Origin: a virus
Taxonomy: Duplodnaviria; Heunggongvirae; Uroviricota; Caudoviricetes
Strand: one strand, 5' to 3'
IMG/VR virus record: IMGVR_UViG_3300028888_000110
Length of the DNA: 64,000 bases
The notes under the pieces were generated by a model that worked only from the letters and a program-made list of their open reading frames with translations, was not told the origin of the DNA and searched no databases. Shown piece after piece: positions 1 through 9,539 of the stretch (its first letter is position 1; every line of letters starts with the position of its first letter). The translations under genes were made by a program, and so were the position numbers.

Positions 1-74
1 TCCTATGAACTCTCTTGTGCGATACATACCTGTGAACCAGGTCGGCTTGAGGGATTTAAGGTGTAGGGCTATGG

Positions 75-149
75 ACTTCCCAGAGTCAATTTAAGTAGCT
101 TGGGACTTGACCTTATAGAATAGGCTGGGTTCGATTCCCAGGTATTTCA
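75..149 (+). ncRNA. tRNA-like 3' fragment: canonical T-arm CTGGG-TTCGATT-CCCAG, but no matching 5' acceptor strand found upstream
   Basis: T-stem/loop at 125-141 followed by GTATTTC-A. The required 5' partner GAAATAC is absent within 100 nt. May be a degenerate or permuted tRNA, or part of a larger structured RNA. Confidence 0.2.
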
Positions 150-216
150 TTGTGGGAGGAGACTTTCTTAAACACACTCCTCTCCTTAACGAGTTTTATA
201 TTATAATTATATAATT

Positions 217-423
217 ATGGCAGAACTAAATTTAAACGAAGAGATTAAAAAACTTCGCAAGGATTTACAACACGCTAACCTTCTAAATCAAAAATTAGAT
301 TTAGAGATTAGGCTCGCTAAAGCCGACAGAGGAATAGCAGAAAAGGAGGCTGAGTTTAGGAGATTACAAGACCCAGACGAGCCAACTTATGATGATTGTT
401 GTTGCCCTTGTGTGAATTATTAA
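217..423 (+). CDS. hypothetical small coiled-coil protein (68 aa) with C-terminal CCCPC
   Basis: ORF in the supplied track. It contains no TGA and ends at a genuine TAA. Confidence 0.45.
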   Translation: MAELNLNEEIKKLRKDLQHANLLNQKLDLEIRLAKADRGIAEKEAEFRRLQDPDEPTYDDCCCPCVNY

Positions 424-532
424 TTTTATGGAACGTCGGACGCCATTAAAGAGTCGACCACAATGAGTAGTTGTGATTTGATTTTTTATCCTCGCTAGGA
501 ATAGAGCAAGCGACTATTCCTAGAAGGTTATG

Positions 533-623
533 GGAGAGTAGCTCAACGGAAGAGCTTTAGTCTGGATAAAAGTGTAATGACTTGATTCACTTTGGTAGTT
601 GGTTCGACTCCAACCTCTCCTGA
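533..623 (+). tRNA. tRNA-like gene (91 nt) with a long variable arm; apparent anticodon CUG; identity unresolved
   Basis: Acceptor GGGAGAG/CTCTCCT (7 bp, one G-U). D-arm GCTC-AACGGAA-GAGC. T-arm GTTGG-TTCGACT-CCAAC. The anticodon stem is only 4 bp (TTTA/TAAA) with loop GTCTGGA. There is a 27-nt extra arm, GTGtAAT..ATTCAC. No CCA is encoded. Confidence 0.4.
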
Positions 624-668
624 AACGAACATTTGGCAAGGGTCTAACGGTGAGACTCTTGTCTAAAT

Positions 669-757
669 GGGGGAGAGACGACCAAGGTGGACGTGGCTCT
701 ATAGCGAGTGGACGCGTGAAAGAGTTGTGCGGTAGGGTTCAATTCCCACCTTCCCCA
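669..757 (+). ncRNA. tRNA-like element (acceptor GGGGGAG/CTTCCCC, weak D and T stems)
   Basis: 7-bp acceptor pairing with one G-U and a discriminator A. The T-arm GGG-TTCAATT-CCC is only 3 bp. A poor cloverleaf, possibly degenerate. Confidence 0.2.
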
Positions 758-829
758 ATATGTAACCTTGAGCGGGGCTATCCACAGCCCTTGCTTAATA
801 AGAGGGTATAGTTCTTATATATCCTGCCC

Positions 830-1200
830 CGTCTTCCGAGGGGATAAAACATATCGGAAAGCCGTAGGACACGTCAGGGGAACCTGTAGGGTATGTCGGC
901 AAATTGATTAGTTCAAAGAGTAAGCCACGGAGAGTGCACATCTCCAATGGTACCTGGTGCGAGTAGGGTCCCGACACCAAGGCTAAGTGACAGGTGCTGC
1001 AAGAATGCACGTAGGGAAGTGACCTAGCTAGGCTGACGCGCGAGCCAACCGATAATATGTAGCAAGTTGGGGACTAATCATAGGTGGAAATCCTATATGG
1101 GGTGGAGTTAGTAGCTCAACAGCTATGCCGAGCGTGACAGAGTAGTAATGATTAACGGGTCGCACCCGTTGTACGTAGGTGCAAATCCTACCCTCGGCTC
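830..1200 (+). ncRNA. GC-rich structured RNA region ending in a tRNA-like 3' domain (1127-1200: acceptor GCCGAG/CTCGGC, anticodon-arm AACGG-GTCGCAC-CCGTT, T-arm GTAGG-TGCAAAT-CCTAC)
   Basis: Local GC content is far above the window average, no ORF is present, and a tRNA-like fold of 74 nt with apparent anticodon CGC sits at the 3' end. A long-range pairing CCGAGGG (about 838) with CCCTCGG (about 1192) is also possible, which would be tmRNA-like, but no tag reading frame was recognised. Confidence 0.25.
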
Positions 1201-1202
1201 CT

Positions 1203-1275
1203 TTGAAAAATGTGTAAAATGGGTATCAAAATACCTTGAAAAATGTGTAAAATGTATGTAAATTTATATTGAAAA
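1203..1275 (+). promoter_or_regulatory. tandem TTGAAAAATGTGTAAAATG boxes (2.5 copies), with another copy at 2765-2781
   Basis: Direct repeats at 1203-1221 and 1236-1254, plus a partial copy at 1268. They contain a TGTG-TAAAAT extended -10-like element and lie immediately upstream of the first protein-gene block. Confidence 0.35.
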
Positions 1276-1285
1276 ATGTGGGACG

Positions 1286-1651
1286 ATGGAAAAATTATTA
1301 GAGCTAATGAACGAATATGCTCATACATATGCAGACCATTATGATGATACGGGGAAAGAAATAGAGATGAAATTTTTAGAGCATACTGATAATTGTTTTA
1401 TATATTATTGTGATTGAAAGTTTGACAGTTTAGTAGATGATGTAGTTATAAGTAAGAGGTTCGGTTTTATAAAACGACTTATAGAGAAAGATAAGATAGA
1501 CAAAGATAAATTATACAATTCTGAATATAAGCCATACTTTTGGAATAGAAAAACAAATGCTTTTAGCTGATTTTGGGCAGAGAATATCTTACTAATGCTA
1601 CTTGCTATCCAAAACGAGCCTATAAACTTTTTAATCTCTACGTTAAAGTAA
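1286..1651 (+). CDS. hypothetical protein (122 aa); paralog of 2401-2778
   Basis: Code-25 translation reads MEKLLELMNEY...GFIKRLIEKDKI...LLAIQNEPINFLISTLK. It shares GFIK-L-E-DKI and LAIQ-EPI-FLIS-LK blocks with the 2401-2778 product. TAA stop. Confidence 0.5.
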
Positions 1652-1894
1652 AATGCACTACACAAAAGAATGAATTATTGAAGTAAGGGAAGATATCTTC
1701 ACTCAGATTAAGGCTGAGAACGACTTACTTACTCAAGAGAATGTAGAACTTAGAAATAAACTAGAGCTCACAATTAGATTATGTGCTGCTTGGGGAAGGG
1801 CCGCTACTGAAAATGAGAAATTACTTAGAGACGTAGAGAAAAAGATTGAGGAGTTGGAAGAATATAAATGGATGTATGAATGACTTTGATAATA
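1652..1894 (+). CDS. hypothetical coiled-coil protein
   Basis: Its ATG overlaps the upstream TAA (TAAAATG). The frame stays open when TGA is read as Gly. Coordinates approximate. Confidence 0.35.
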
Positions 1895-1916
1895 TTTATA
1901 TAATTTACCAAAAGGA

Positions 1917-2177
1917 AATGAAAAAAGAAAAATCTGAATGACAGATAGAACAAATTGTAGATAAGACATATCTACTTATTAAGTCTTTTGATTTTAAAAA
2001 GATAAGTGAAGATATAGAATATCTACCATTTTGTAATATACTTATGAAATGACACGATGGCAGAAGTAAAAGGAGAGAATGTAAACCAAAAGATTTAGCA
2101 ATTCTATTATTTATTCTAAAGAAGAGGAGAGAAAAGATAAATAGTTTAATTGAAGAAATAGAAAACTTTTTAAATAA
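1917..2177 (+). CDS. hypothetical protein
   Basis: Open frame with three in-frame TGA codons. Ends ...LIEEIENF then TAA. Coordinates approximate. Confidence 0.3.
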
Positions 2178-2400
2178 CCTTAGTATATAAATATGAGATA
2201 TTTTGATATTAGGATAAGGTGTGAGAGGCTGAAAAGCAGAATAAAGTTAATCAACCAGAGAAAGAAATGCTATAAATCATTATGGAGATTTAATAATGGA
2301 TATATGGTTTGGAAATGAAACGAAGAATTGCCGTACTACCTTACACTTAAAGATATACAAAAATGTAAATCAGACTTTTTATCTATTAAATAATTAGGTT

Positions 2401-2778
2401 ATGGAAGGAAAGAAAGAAAGCTGAATAGAAACTCTAATAGAGTTATTGAATGAGTATGACCCTTGTATAGCAAGTGATGGAGAGCATAGAGATAACTTAT
2501 GGGGATATGCTTATCAATGACATAGTGCAGTATTCCCAAAAGAATTAGCAGAGAGCTATATAATAACGGCTCGTTATGGTTTTATTAAATGGTTAGTAGA
2601 GAATGATAAGATAGAACGAGAAAAGTTTTGAAATTCTGAAACCAAATCAAGTAAGTATTCAGATTTTGAGTTGAGTTATGATACTCCACGAGAAGATTAT
2701 ACCAATACTCTACTAATGGAGTTAGCAATACAAGATGAGCCTATTGAGTTCCTTATAAGTATTCTGAAAAATGTGTAA
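2401..2778 (+). CDS. hypothetical protein (126 aa); paralog of 1286-1651
   Basis: MEGKKESGIETLIELLNEYDPC...GFIKWLVENDKI...LAIQDEPIEFLISILKNV. Four in-frame TGA codons. TAA stop. Confidence 0.5.
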
Positions 2779-2844
2779 AATCATTCCCCAAAAGTACTGA
2801 AAAATGTGAAATGGGGAATAATCAGACTTTTATATTTATTACCT

Positions 2845-3048
2845 ATGGAGATGGAAAAGAAAATTAAAAAGCTGATTAAGGAGGTAAAAGAGAATAAAAA
2901 TCCTGCTCTTATATTAAATAGAGTTTTAGATGCAGAAGAAATAAATTGGATATACGAACATACTAAACCCAAGCACCAAGAATGATGGTTTAGAGAAGAA
3001 TGAAAGCTGGTGTATTATTGACCTAATTGAGAAAAATATTAGACTTTT
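2845..3048 (+). CDS. small hypothetical protein
   Basis: Preceded by the conserved AATCAGACTTTTATAT..CTAAAGG motif. Coordinates approximate. Confidence 0.35.
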
Positions 3049-3068
3049 ATATTATTTATCTAAAGGGA

Positions 3069-3212
3069 ATGGAAAAAGAAGAAAAAAAATCTGAAAGAGA
3101 AATAGAGTTAGAGCAAACCATTGAAGATTTGAGAACGAGTATAAAATGGAATGCTATAAGAGATATTATACGATGAGTGCTAATATTGATTTATGCTATT
3201 GTAGTAAGTTAG
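3069..3212 (+). CDS. small protein (47 aa) with C-terminal TM segment
   Basis: Sits behind the conserved upstream motif (copy at 3040-3068). MEKEEKKSEREIELEQ...GVLILIYAIVVS. TAG stop. Confidence 0.4.
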
Positions 3213-3247
3213 ACTAATCAGACTTTTATATTATTACTTTAGGGGGG

Positions 3248-3454
3248 ATGAAAGACTTCACAGACTTTACAGAATGATTTTTGATAGGGCTTGCTATACT
3301 TGTGATTCTAGCTAGTGTAGGGCTTTATATGTATATGATGTGTTATCTTGTGATTAATGACCATTGGGTGTGGGTCGCTATTATCGCTAGTATGACCTTC
3401 TGTATCTGATGTGGTGTAAGTAATATGGACTGACCGTTTGATGATTTATTATAA
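3248..3454 (+). CDS. small membrane protein (68 aa, 2 predicted TM)
   Basis: Sits behind the conserved upstream motif (copy at 3225-3247). Hydrophobic: FLIGLAILVILASVGLYMYMMCYLVINDHWVWVAIIASM. Confidence 0.4.
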
Positions 3455-3479
3455 CTTTTATATTATTTACCTAAAGAAA

Positions 3480-3638
3480 ATGGCATTTGTAATCATCTTC
3501 CTAGCCCCATTTAGTTTGCTCATATGCGCTATGCTATTGTGAGTAGTAGATATGACATTATTTGATGGGGCTTTGTCTGAGTTTTTAAGAGCTTGGACAC
3601 ATCATTGGCTAGATAAATATAAGCCAAGGGAAAAATAG
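3480..3638 (+). CDS. small membrane protein (52 aa); paralog of 3663-3851
   Basis: Sits behind the conserved upstream motif (copy at 3460-3479). Shares a ...HW-DK-KP.. C-terminus with the next gene. Confidence 0.4.
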
Positions 3639-3662
3639 TTTTATTTCTTGTTTATTATAAAG

Positions 3663-3851
3663 ATGAGCGAAGCTTGTGAAACTTGTTGAGGAGGTTGTAC
3701 TATAGTTGCTACAATATTTATTATAGCAATGATATTAGTTATATTGTATGCACTTATCGAGGGTATTAGTGGTTGAGAGTTCGGTGAATGGATAGGAGAT
3801 TGGGTTAGTCATTGGATTGATAAACTACCTAAACCAAAAGACGAAGATTAG
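3663..3851 (+). CDS. small membrane protein (62 aa) with CETCGGGC motif
   Basis: Hydrophobic core TIVATIFIIAMILVILYALI. C-terminus HWIDKLPKPKDED resembles the previous gene. Confidence 0.4.
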
Positions 3852-3878
3852 TTTTTTATTTATTATTTATTATAACCT

Positions 3879-4676
3879 ATGAAAAACTTTATGGTTTGAT
3901 GTTGGAGTATTATTATTCTACTCCTAGTTATCTGTGGTTTTAACTCTTGGTTTGTAGTTGAACCTGGATACAATGGATTTACTGTTACATTAGGTAAGGT
4001 AAATTCAACTGTTTACACGGATGGATTGCATTTCAAAACTCCATTCATTACTAAGTCTGTAAAGTATAATGTGCAGACACAAAAATTAGATGCCACAGCT
4101 GATGCTAGTTCAAAGGACTTGCAGAGTGTTGGTGCTACTATTGTAGTTAACTACAAGTACAAGGAAAGCGAAGTAGTAAACCTATACAAAAATGTAGGTA
4201 AAGAAGAAAGAGTAGCTGAAAAGATTATTACTCCTGCTATCCAAGAAGTATTTAAAGCCGTAGTTGCTAAGTATTCAGCAGAAGAATTAATCACAAAGAG
4301 AAGTGAGGTATCTAAAGATATTGAGGATACATTGAACAAGAGACTAGAACAGTATGGAGTTCAAATTCAACTATTTAATATTGTAAACTTTGACTTTAGT
4401 AAATCATTCAACGATGCTATTGAGGCTAAGGTAACAGCTGAACAAGAGGCATTGGCAGAAAAGAATAAACTAGAGAAAGTTAAATATGAAAGTGAGCAGA
4501 AAATTGTTGCAGCAGAGGCACAAGCTAAAGCTATTGAAATTCAAGCTAAGGCTATTCAAAACCAAGGAGGTAAAGAATATGTTAACCTTAAATGGATAGA
4601 GAAATGGGATGGTAAATTGCCTGTAACTGTAGCTTGAGAAGATAGTTCATTTATAATGATGATGGATAACAAATAA
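3879..4676 (+). CDS. SPFH (band-7/prohibitin/stomatin-family) membrane protein, 265 aa
   Basis: N-terminal TM (MKNFMVGCWSIIILLLVICGF) followed by an SPFH-like core (VVNYKY...ITKRSEVSKDIEDTLNKRLEQYGVQI...) and a coiled-coil AEQEALAEKNKLEK tail. The track ORF 4026-4637 is the internal fragment. TAA stop. Confidence 0.6.
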
Positions 4677-4822
4677 TGTATAATAAAGTATGTGCCATAA
4701 TATGTATAGTGTGTAGTGCTATAGGTATGATTATAGGACTAATTCAAAAGAACACATTCGCTCGGATAATATGGGCATTGTGTCTAGGAATATGGATTTA
4801 TAATTTAACCCAATCAGAGTAA
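4676..4822 (+). CDS. small membrane protein (48 aa)
   Basis: ATG overlaps the upstream TAA. Ends NLTQSE*, paralogous to the next gene's NLTQLE*. Confidence 0.35.
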   Translation: MYNKVCAIICIVCSAIGMIIGLIQKNTFARIIWALCLGIWIYNLTQSE

Positions 4823-5010
4823 TGTGGCAGTTTATATTAGACGAAGTACTTAAACCTATTGTATTTACTACTTTCTGAATTGCTGTTGGTTTTATATGGT
4901 GTTTATGTATAGTTGCTAAAGAGATATGAGACTTAGATGTAACTATACATACTCAGCCAACACAAGAAAGTTGTATAGAGTTATTTAGTAATTTAACTCA
5001 ACTAGAGTAA
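4822..5010 (+). CDS. small membrane protein (62 aa)
   Basis: Overlapping start. TM segment FTTFGIAVGFIWCLCIV. Confidence 0.35.
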
Positions 5011-5156
5011 TGAAAAAGAAATATTTGTTTATCCCTATGTGAATGTTTTTATTTGTAATGTGACTATTACGCATAGAACATTGAAATGAAGTATGATGGG
5101 GGATATTTGAGGTAGTTGTTTGAGCAGTTTTAATTGTTATTTATTCTGTAGACTAA
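5010..5156 (+). CDS. small membrane protein (48 aa)
   Basis: Overlapping start. Hydrophobic LFIPMGMFLFVMGLL...VVVGAVLIVIY. Confidence 0.35.
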
Positions 5157-5548
5157 TGAAACGATTTAAACCATTCACTCCACCTAGTATTAAGAAATCT
5201 AAATGGGCTAACTCCTGGGACAAAAAAATGAAAGAGTTAGCACATATAAATTGAAGGTGGGTAATTACTAAAGAGAAATATTGAAGAATGGATGCCTCGC
5301 TTGAATGAGGTAGCGGTATAATCCTAGAAGAAACAATGGAAGATTATGAAGCTCTTAGTGAAGAAAGTTGTATGTATTGTAATAGGCATTGCAAACAATA
5401 TTGGACTCACGAAAACAGTTGGGTTATTCATCTATGCCTCCCTTGTTTAATAGGGGACAAGATTACAATTTTACTTGAAAGAATTATTAAACGATGGAGG
5501 GAGAAAAACGACAGAAGCGATTGATATACCTCATTTACATCTGCATAG
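5156..5548 (+). CDS. hypothetical Cys/His-rich protein (130 aa; CMYCNRHC...HLCLPC)
   Basis: The track ORF 5336-5524 is its C-terminal fragment. A zinc-ribbon-like C-X2-C...C-X2-C pattern. Confidence 0.4.
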
Positions 5549-5654
5549 GAGAGATTATTCTCTTCTGTGTGTGGGTATATCTAGAAATAGAATATTGAAA
5601 ATGAACAACACAGTTGCCTGATAATGTATATATTAGTTCAGAACTAATAAACAC

Positions 5655-5702
5655 TTGAAACAGGGTCAATGAAGAAAAAATTGACCCTGAATTGACCCTG
5701 TT
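5655..5702 (+). promoter_or_regulatory. triple-repeat palindromic element (AACAGGGTCAAT...ATTGACCCTGA-ATTGACCCTGTT) upstream of the methyltransferase gene
   Basis: One inverted and two direct copies of TTGACCCTG. Copy 1 can pair with copy 2 (10 bp) or copy 3 (12 bp), giving alternative hairpins or an operator with three half-sites. Confidence 0.4.
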
Positions 5703-5737
5703 CTAATGAAAACCTTTATATTAAAACAAAAACAAAA

Positions 5738-7774
5738 ATGAAAGTATTATCCTTATTCGATGGGATAGCCTGTGGGTATGAAGCTCTAAAAAGAGCAGGC
5801 ATCCCTATTGATGTTTACTATGCTAGCGAGATTGACAAGCACGCAATCAAAGTCGCCAAGGCTAACCATCCAGATATCATAGAGATTTGAGATGTGTGCC
5901 AGGTTAAAGGAGAAGATTATCAAAGTGTTGACCTAGTAATTTGAGGGAGTCCTTGTTTTGTCAAGTGAACTAAGGTATGGACTTATGATTGATACAAGGA
6001 TATATCTGAAGTTGAGGTGTGAGATTATGTTCTATGACTTAACTGAGAATATAATCAAGTGCTAAAAACTTGATGAGAATCCAAAGAAATATGGAGTATA
6101 AAATGACAATGATTTTTAGAAACATTTACTACAGAAAATCATCCATATTATGTAGCGAAATGTAAAAGGGTATGACATGAATGACGTAGAGAACTACAAG
6201 ACCCAGAGCGAAAAAAAGTTAAGGATATTGAGGTGTGAGATTATGTATGATTGCCAATTATCCATACTAAAGAAAACGTAAAATGAATCACACTTCAAGA
6301 AGCTTGGCTATTGTGAAGATATATGGCTGATTGACATACTAGAAAAGACTATAAAAAAAATAGAAAATGAGAGAAGTCTTCTAATAGGTATTGGACAGTT
6401 ATATATTCTATATGAGATTCTAAACTTAATGATTTCGGCCATATAACAGAGTATCATGTCTGAAAGCAAAAACATTCACAATCAACTTATAGATTTGTTA
6501 TTAATAGTAAAAGATTAGTAGAACTATGTGAGGATATATGATGCTGAGCTATTAATAAATCTATACCTAAATGGATATTAGATTTGCCAAGAGAACTCTT
6601 AATTGAATTCTTTAAATGATATGTATCGTGAGATTGATATTATAAAGGAAAGTGAGTGCGGAGATGTAGTACAATAAGTAGAGATATGGCTATGTCTTTA
6701 TGTTTATTATCTGCAACACTATTTCACACCTGAGCACAAATACATTTTTATAAAAAAGCAAAGACACACACTATTCAATGAAGAATCGTAAACCAAAATG
6801 ATTGCTATGAAGTTGAAATAAGAGAATACAGAAAACCACAAGACCATTATATGGTCACTTATGATTATATATGGTTTCCAGTAAAAGAAGTAAAACCATT
6901 ATGATATGAGGATATGGTATATAACCTTGAAGTAGAAAATACCAATAGTTATACGGCTAATAATATAGTAGTTCATAATTGTCAAGGGTTCTCTATGGCT
7001 GGTAAGATGCTAAACTTCAATGACCCTAGAAGTAAATTATTCTTTGAGTTTGTAAGATTAGTAAAGGAATGTAAGCCAAAGTTCTTCTTGCTCGAGAATG
7101 TGAAAATGAAAAAAGAATATATTGAAGTAATTAACGAGCAACTTTGGGGAATAGAGCCTACACTTATCGACTCTGCTTTAGTAAGCGCCCAAAGAAGAAA
7201 ACGTTTGTATCGAGTTGGTAAGCTCCAAGAAGATGGAACTTATGCTAAGGTAGAAATCCCACAGCCAGAAGATAAAGGTATTCTATTAAAGGATATATTA
7301 TTAAACTATGTCGAGCCTAAATACGATATTAGTGAGAAACATACCATAGCAATGAAAAATGCTAGAAGTTGTGGAGAATTAAATCTACCTAGTTTAGATT
7401 GAAAATGCTGAACTATTATAGCTTGATACTATAAAACTCCACAAGATGGGCCATACATTCTAAAAGATTATATTCTCACAGATAGACAAATAGATATGAT
7501 ATCTAAGCGATGAGGGTATGAAAAGCCTTTGGAAAGAGTGAGATGACCAGAAGATAAAATGGACACTCTCACTACACATTGTGGCAAAATGTCTAATGGT
7601 ATTAAGTTGGTAAATGTGCCAAAGATTAGAAAGCTTCACCCTATAGAATGTGAGAGATTGCAAACCCTACCAGACAATTATACGGAGGGGGTTAGTGATA
7701 CTCAAAGGTACATCCAACTTTGAAATGGCTGGACGTGCGATGTAATAGCACATATATTTAAATGTTTAAAATAG
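5738..7774 (+). CDS. DNA (cytosine-5)-methyltransferase (Dcm family) interrupted by an intein. Mature extein is about 336 aa.
   Basis: Motif I LFDGIACG. Motif IV is split: DLVIGGSP precedes the intein and CQGFSMAG follows it. Then ENV (LLENVK), QRRKR, and motif X TQRYIQLGNGW. The conserved Gly positions are encoded by TGA. Preceded by the leader AAACAAAAACAAAAATG. TAG stop. Confidence 0.8.
5954..6979 (+). mobile_element. intein (342 aa) with LAGLIDADG homing-endonuclease domain, inserted at the catalytic Cys of the methyltransferase PCQ motif
   Basis: N-terminal block CFVKGTKVWTYDG...VGDYVLGL. Block B TENH. Two LAGLIDADG motifs (WLLGRYMADGH and FFKGYVSGDGY). C-terminal block VYNLEVEN..NNIVVHN followed by the +1 Cys of CQGFS. 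Length 1026 nt, in frame. Confidence 0.75.
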
Positions 7775-7778
7775 TAAA

Positions 7779-8507
7779 ATGAGATTACCAGAGAGTGAAA
7801 GAGCATTTCGTATTATGTGAGGTTATACGGTATGAACTCCTCTTCAGCACGAATATCAAGATACTTTAGTGAGGTCTTATATGCGTGACAAGTTAAGAAT
7901 TTATGTACGACCTTTTTGACCTGTAGATACTCTAGACGGAGAAAGTATTCAACCTTCTTTTGGTTGACACATTCAGTATTGTGCTGCATTAGATTTCCCT
8001 GTAACATTTGAATGGGATATGCCTCACGACTTACATAATATAGCTTGCAATTTGTGTGAATATTTAGATAAAGAGGTAGCTGAGATATTGTATTCAGAAA
8101 TTGAATCATATTTTAATCGCACTTTAGCAGAGTTACAAATAGATGGCGAAAGAGACGGTTTCCTCGCAGATGTCTTTCAAGTAAAATTCCCTCCTTTTCA
8201 AGATGGGGCAAGAAGGGCAAGAGCAACCACAACAGTTACAACTACTCCTATACAAATAGGTGCGAACCCATCCACATATGCATCTGATGTAGTTTCTCGC
8301 CAAGATATGGATGCTTATTGAGAAAGTATAGTTGATAGAATGGAACGTAGGATAGCAGAAGTGGAAGAAAATATGATGAGGACTGCATATCGTGGAGATA
8401 GACTATCTAATGGATTAGAATATATAACTCAAGATGAATACGAAGAAAAGAGAAGAGACTGAGAGTTAGACCCAAATAGAGTTTATTTAGTTTTTAATAA
8501 TAGTTAA
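7779..8507 (+). CDS. hypothetical protein (242 aa)
   Basis: The continuous code-25 frame was verified codon by codon from ATG 7779 through 7965 (TGA) and into the track ORF 8019-8321, then on to TAA at 8505-8507. The minus-strand track ORF 7813-8109 is spurious. Confidence 0.5.
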
Positions 8508-8509
8508 TT

Positions 8510-8944
8510 ATGAGACAACCTGAAAAAGAATGTGCTTGTGAAAGCACAAGAGAAAACTTAGACTTTTTAAATGAAGCAGTTTTCTGAGTAGCCAAGGATA
8601 TTATTGAGCACGGAAGAGTTTTAGATTTGTATGCAGAAAGAATCTATTCTACAGAAGAAGCTTGCTTCTGAGTTGATTGAGAATGAGGATTCAAGAAAGA
8701 GATAGAGACAATAAAGAAAGACCAAATCATAGATGCAGAGAATTTATCAGATGCTATTGATATTATGGCAAACCTACAAAAAGCAGATAAAATGACACTT
8801 GATATAATTGTTAAACAAAATGAAACAATTAAACTTTTAAGTGATGAAGTTAATAAATCGTATAATGGTATCATATTCCTTACAGTATGGTCACTTATTT
8901 TAACAGTTTTAACTGTTATTACTTCAACAAATGTATTCTTCTAA
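8510..8944 (+). CDS. hypothetical protein with C-terminal TM helix (144 aa)
   Basis: MRQPEKECACESTREN...IIFLTVWSLILTVLTVITSTNVFF. Four in-frame TGA codons. Confidence 0.4.
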
Positions 8945-8954
8945 TCACATTAGT

Positions 8955-9152
8955 ATGGGCTTTGGCTGTTGCCATTGCCCATATTGTCGTCACGTCCATA
9001 AAACTAAGTATGGGTATTATAAAAAATACAAATCATATTGGTGAGGGCTTCGTCCATATCAATACAGAAAGATTATAAAAAAACTTCGTCAGCATAAGCA
9101 TGACGAGGAATTACCTAATAGACTTTTTAATATCATGCCCTACACAGACTAA
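8955..9152 (+). CDS. small basic Cys-rich protein (65 aa; GFGCCHCPYCRHVH)
   Basis: Zinc-ribbon-like and Lys/Arg-rich. Its stop overlaps the next start (TAATGG). Confidence 0.35.
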
Positions 9153-9367
9153 TGGCTATAGAACAAGAAATCCCTTTTGAAGAATATAGAGATAGGCAAC
9201 TTCGCTTGCCTTTTACAGAGGAGCTAGATAAAATATTATCTGCCCATCCAGAGATGGTAGAGTTTGTTATCCACCCACACGACGATATGGTGGATGTAAA
9301 GATAGGAGGAGCTACATATTATGTTATTACAAAAAGGCAATATCATCTCTTGGTGGATGAAGAATAG
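9152..9367 (+). CDS. hypothetical protein (71 aa)
   Basis: Intact ORF in the supplied track with no TGA. Confidence 0.45.
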   Translation: MAIEQEIPFEEYRDRQLRLPFTEELDKILSAHPEMVEFVIHPHDDMVDVKIGGATYYVITKRQYHLLVDEE

Positions 9368-9539
9368 GTTATAAAAATTATAATAAAAAATATAATCTAT
9401 TTATAATGGAAGTCTCCGCCATTGTGGGGTGTTCGCACCAGACGGATTTAATCTGTACCACATAAAGAGGACAAGAGGTATAGTCTGCACCCTCTCTATA
9501 GAAATATAGGAGGAGAAGATTTAACTTTTAAACCAAAGT

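Noticed and set aside
830-1200. tmRNA annotation for the GC-rich RNA region
   Set aside because: A tRNA-like 3' domain and a possible 5'/3' pairing exist, but no plausible resume codon or tag-peptide ORF ending in a stop was found by eye. Kept only as a low-confidence structured RNA.
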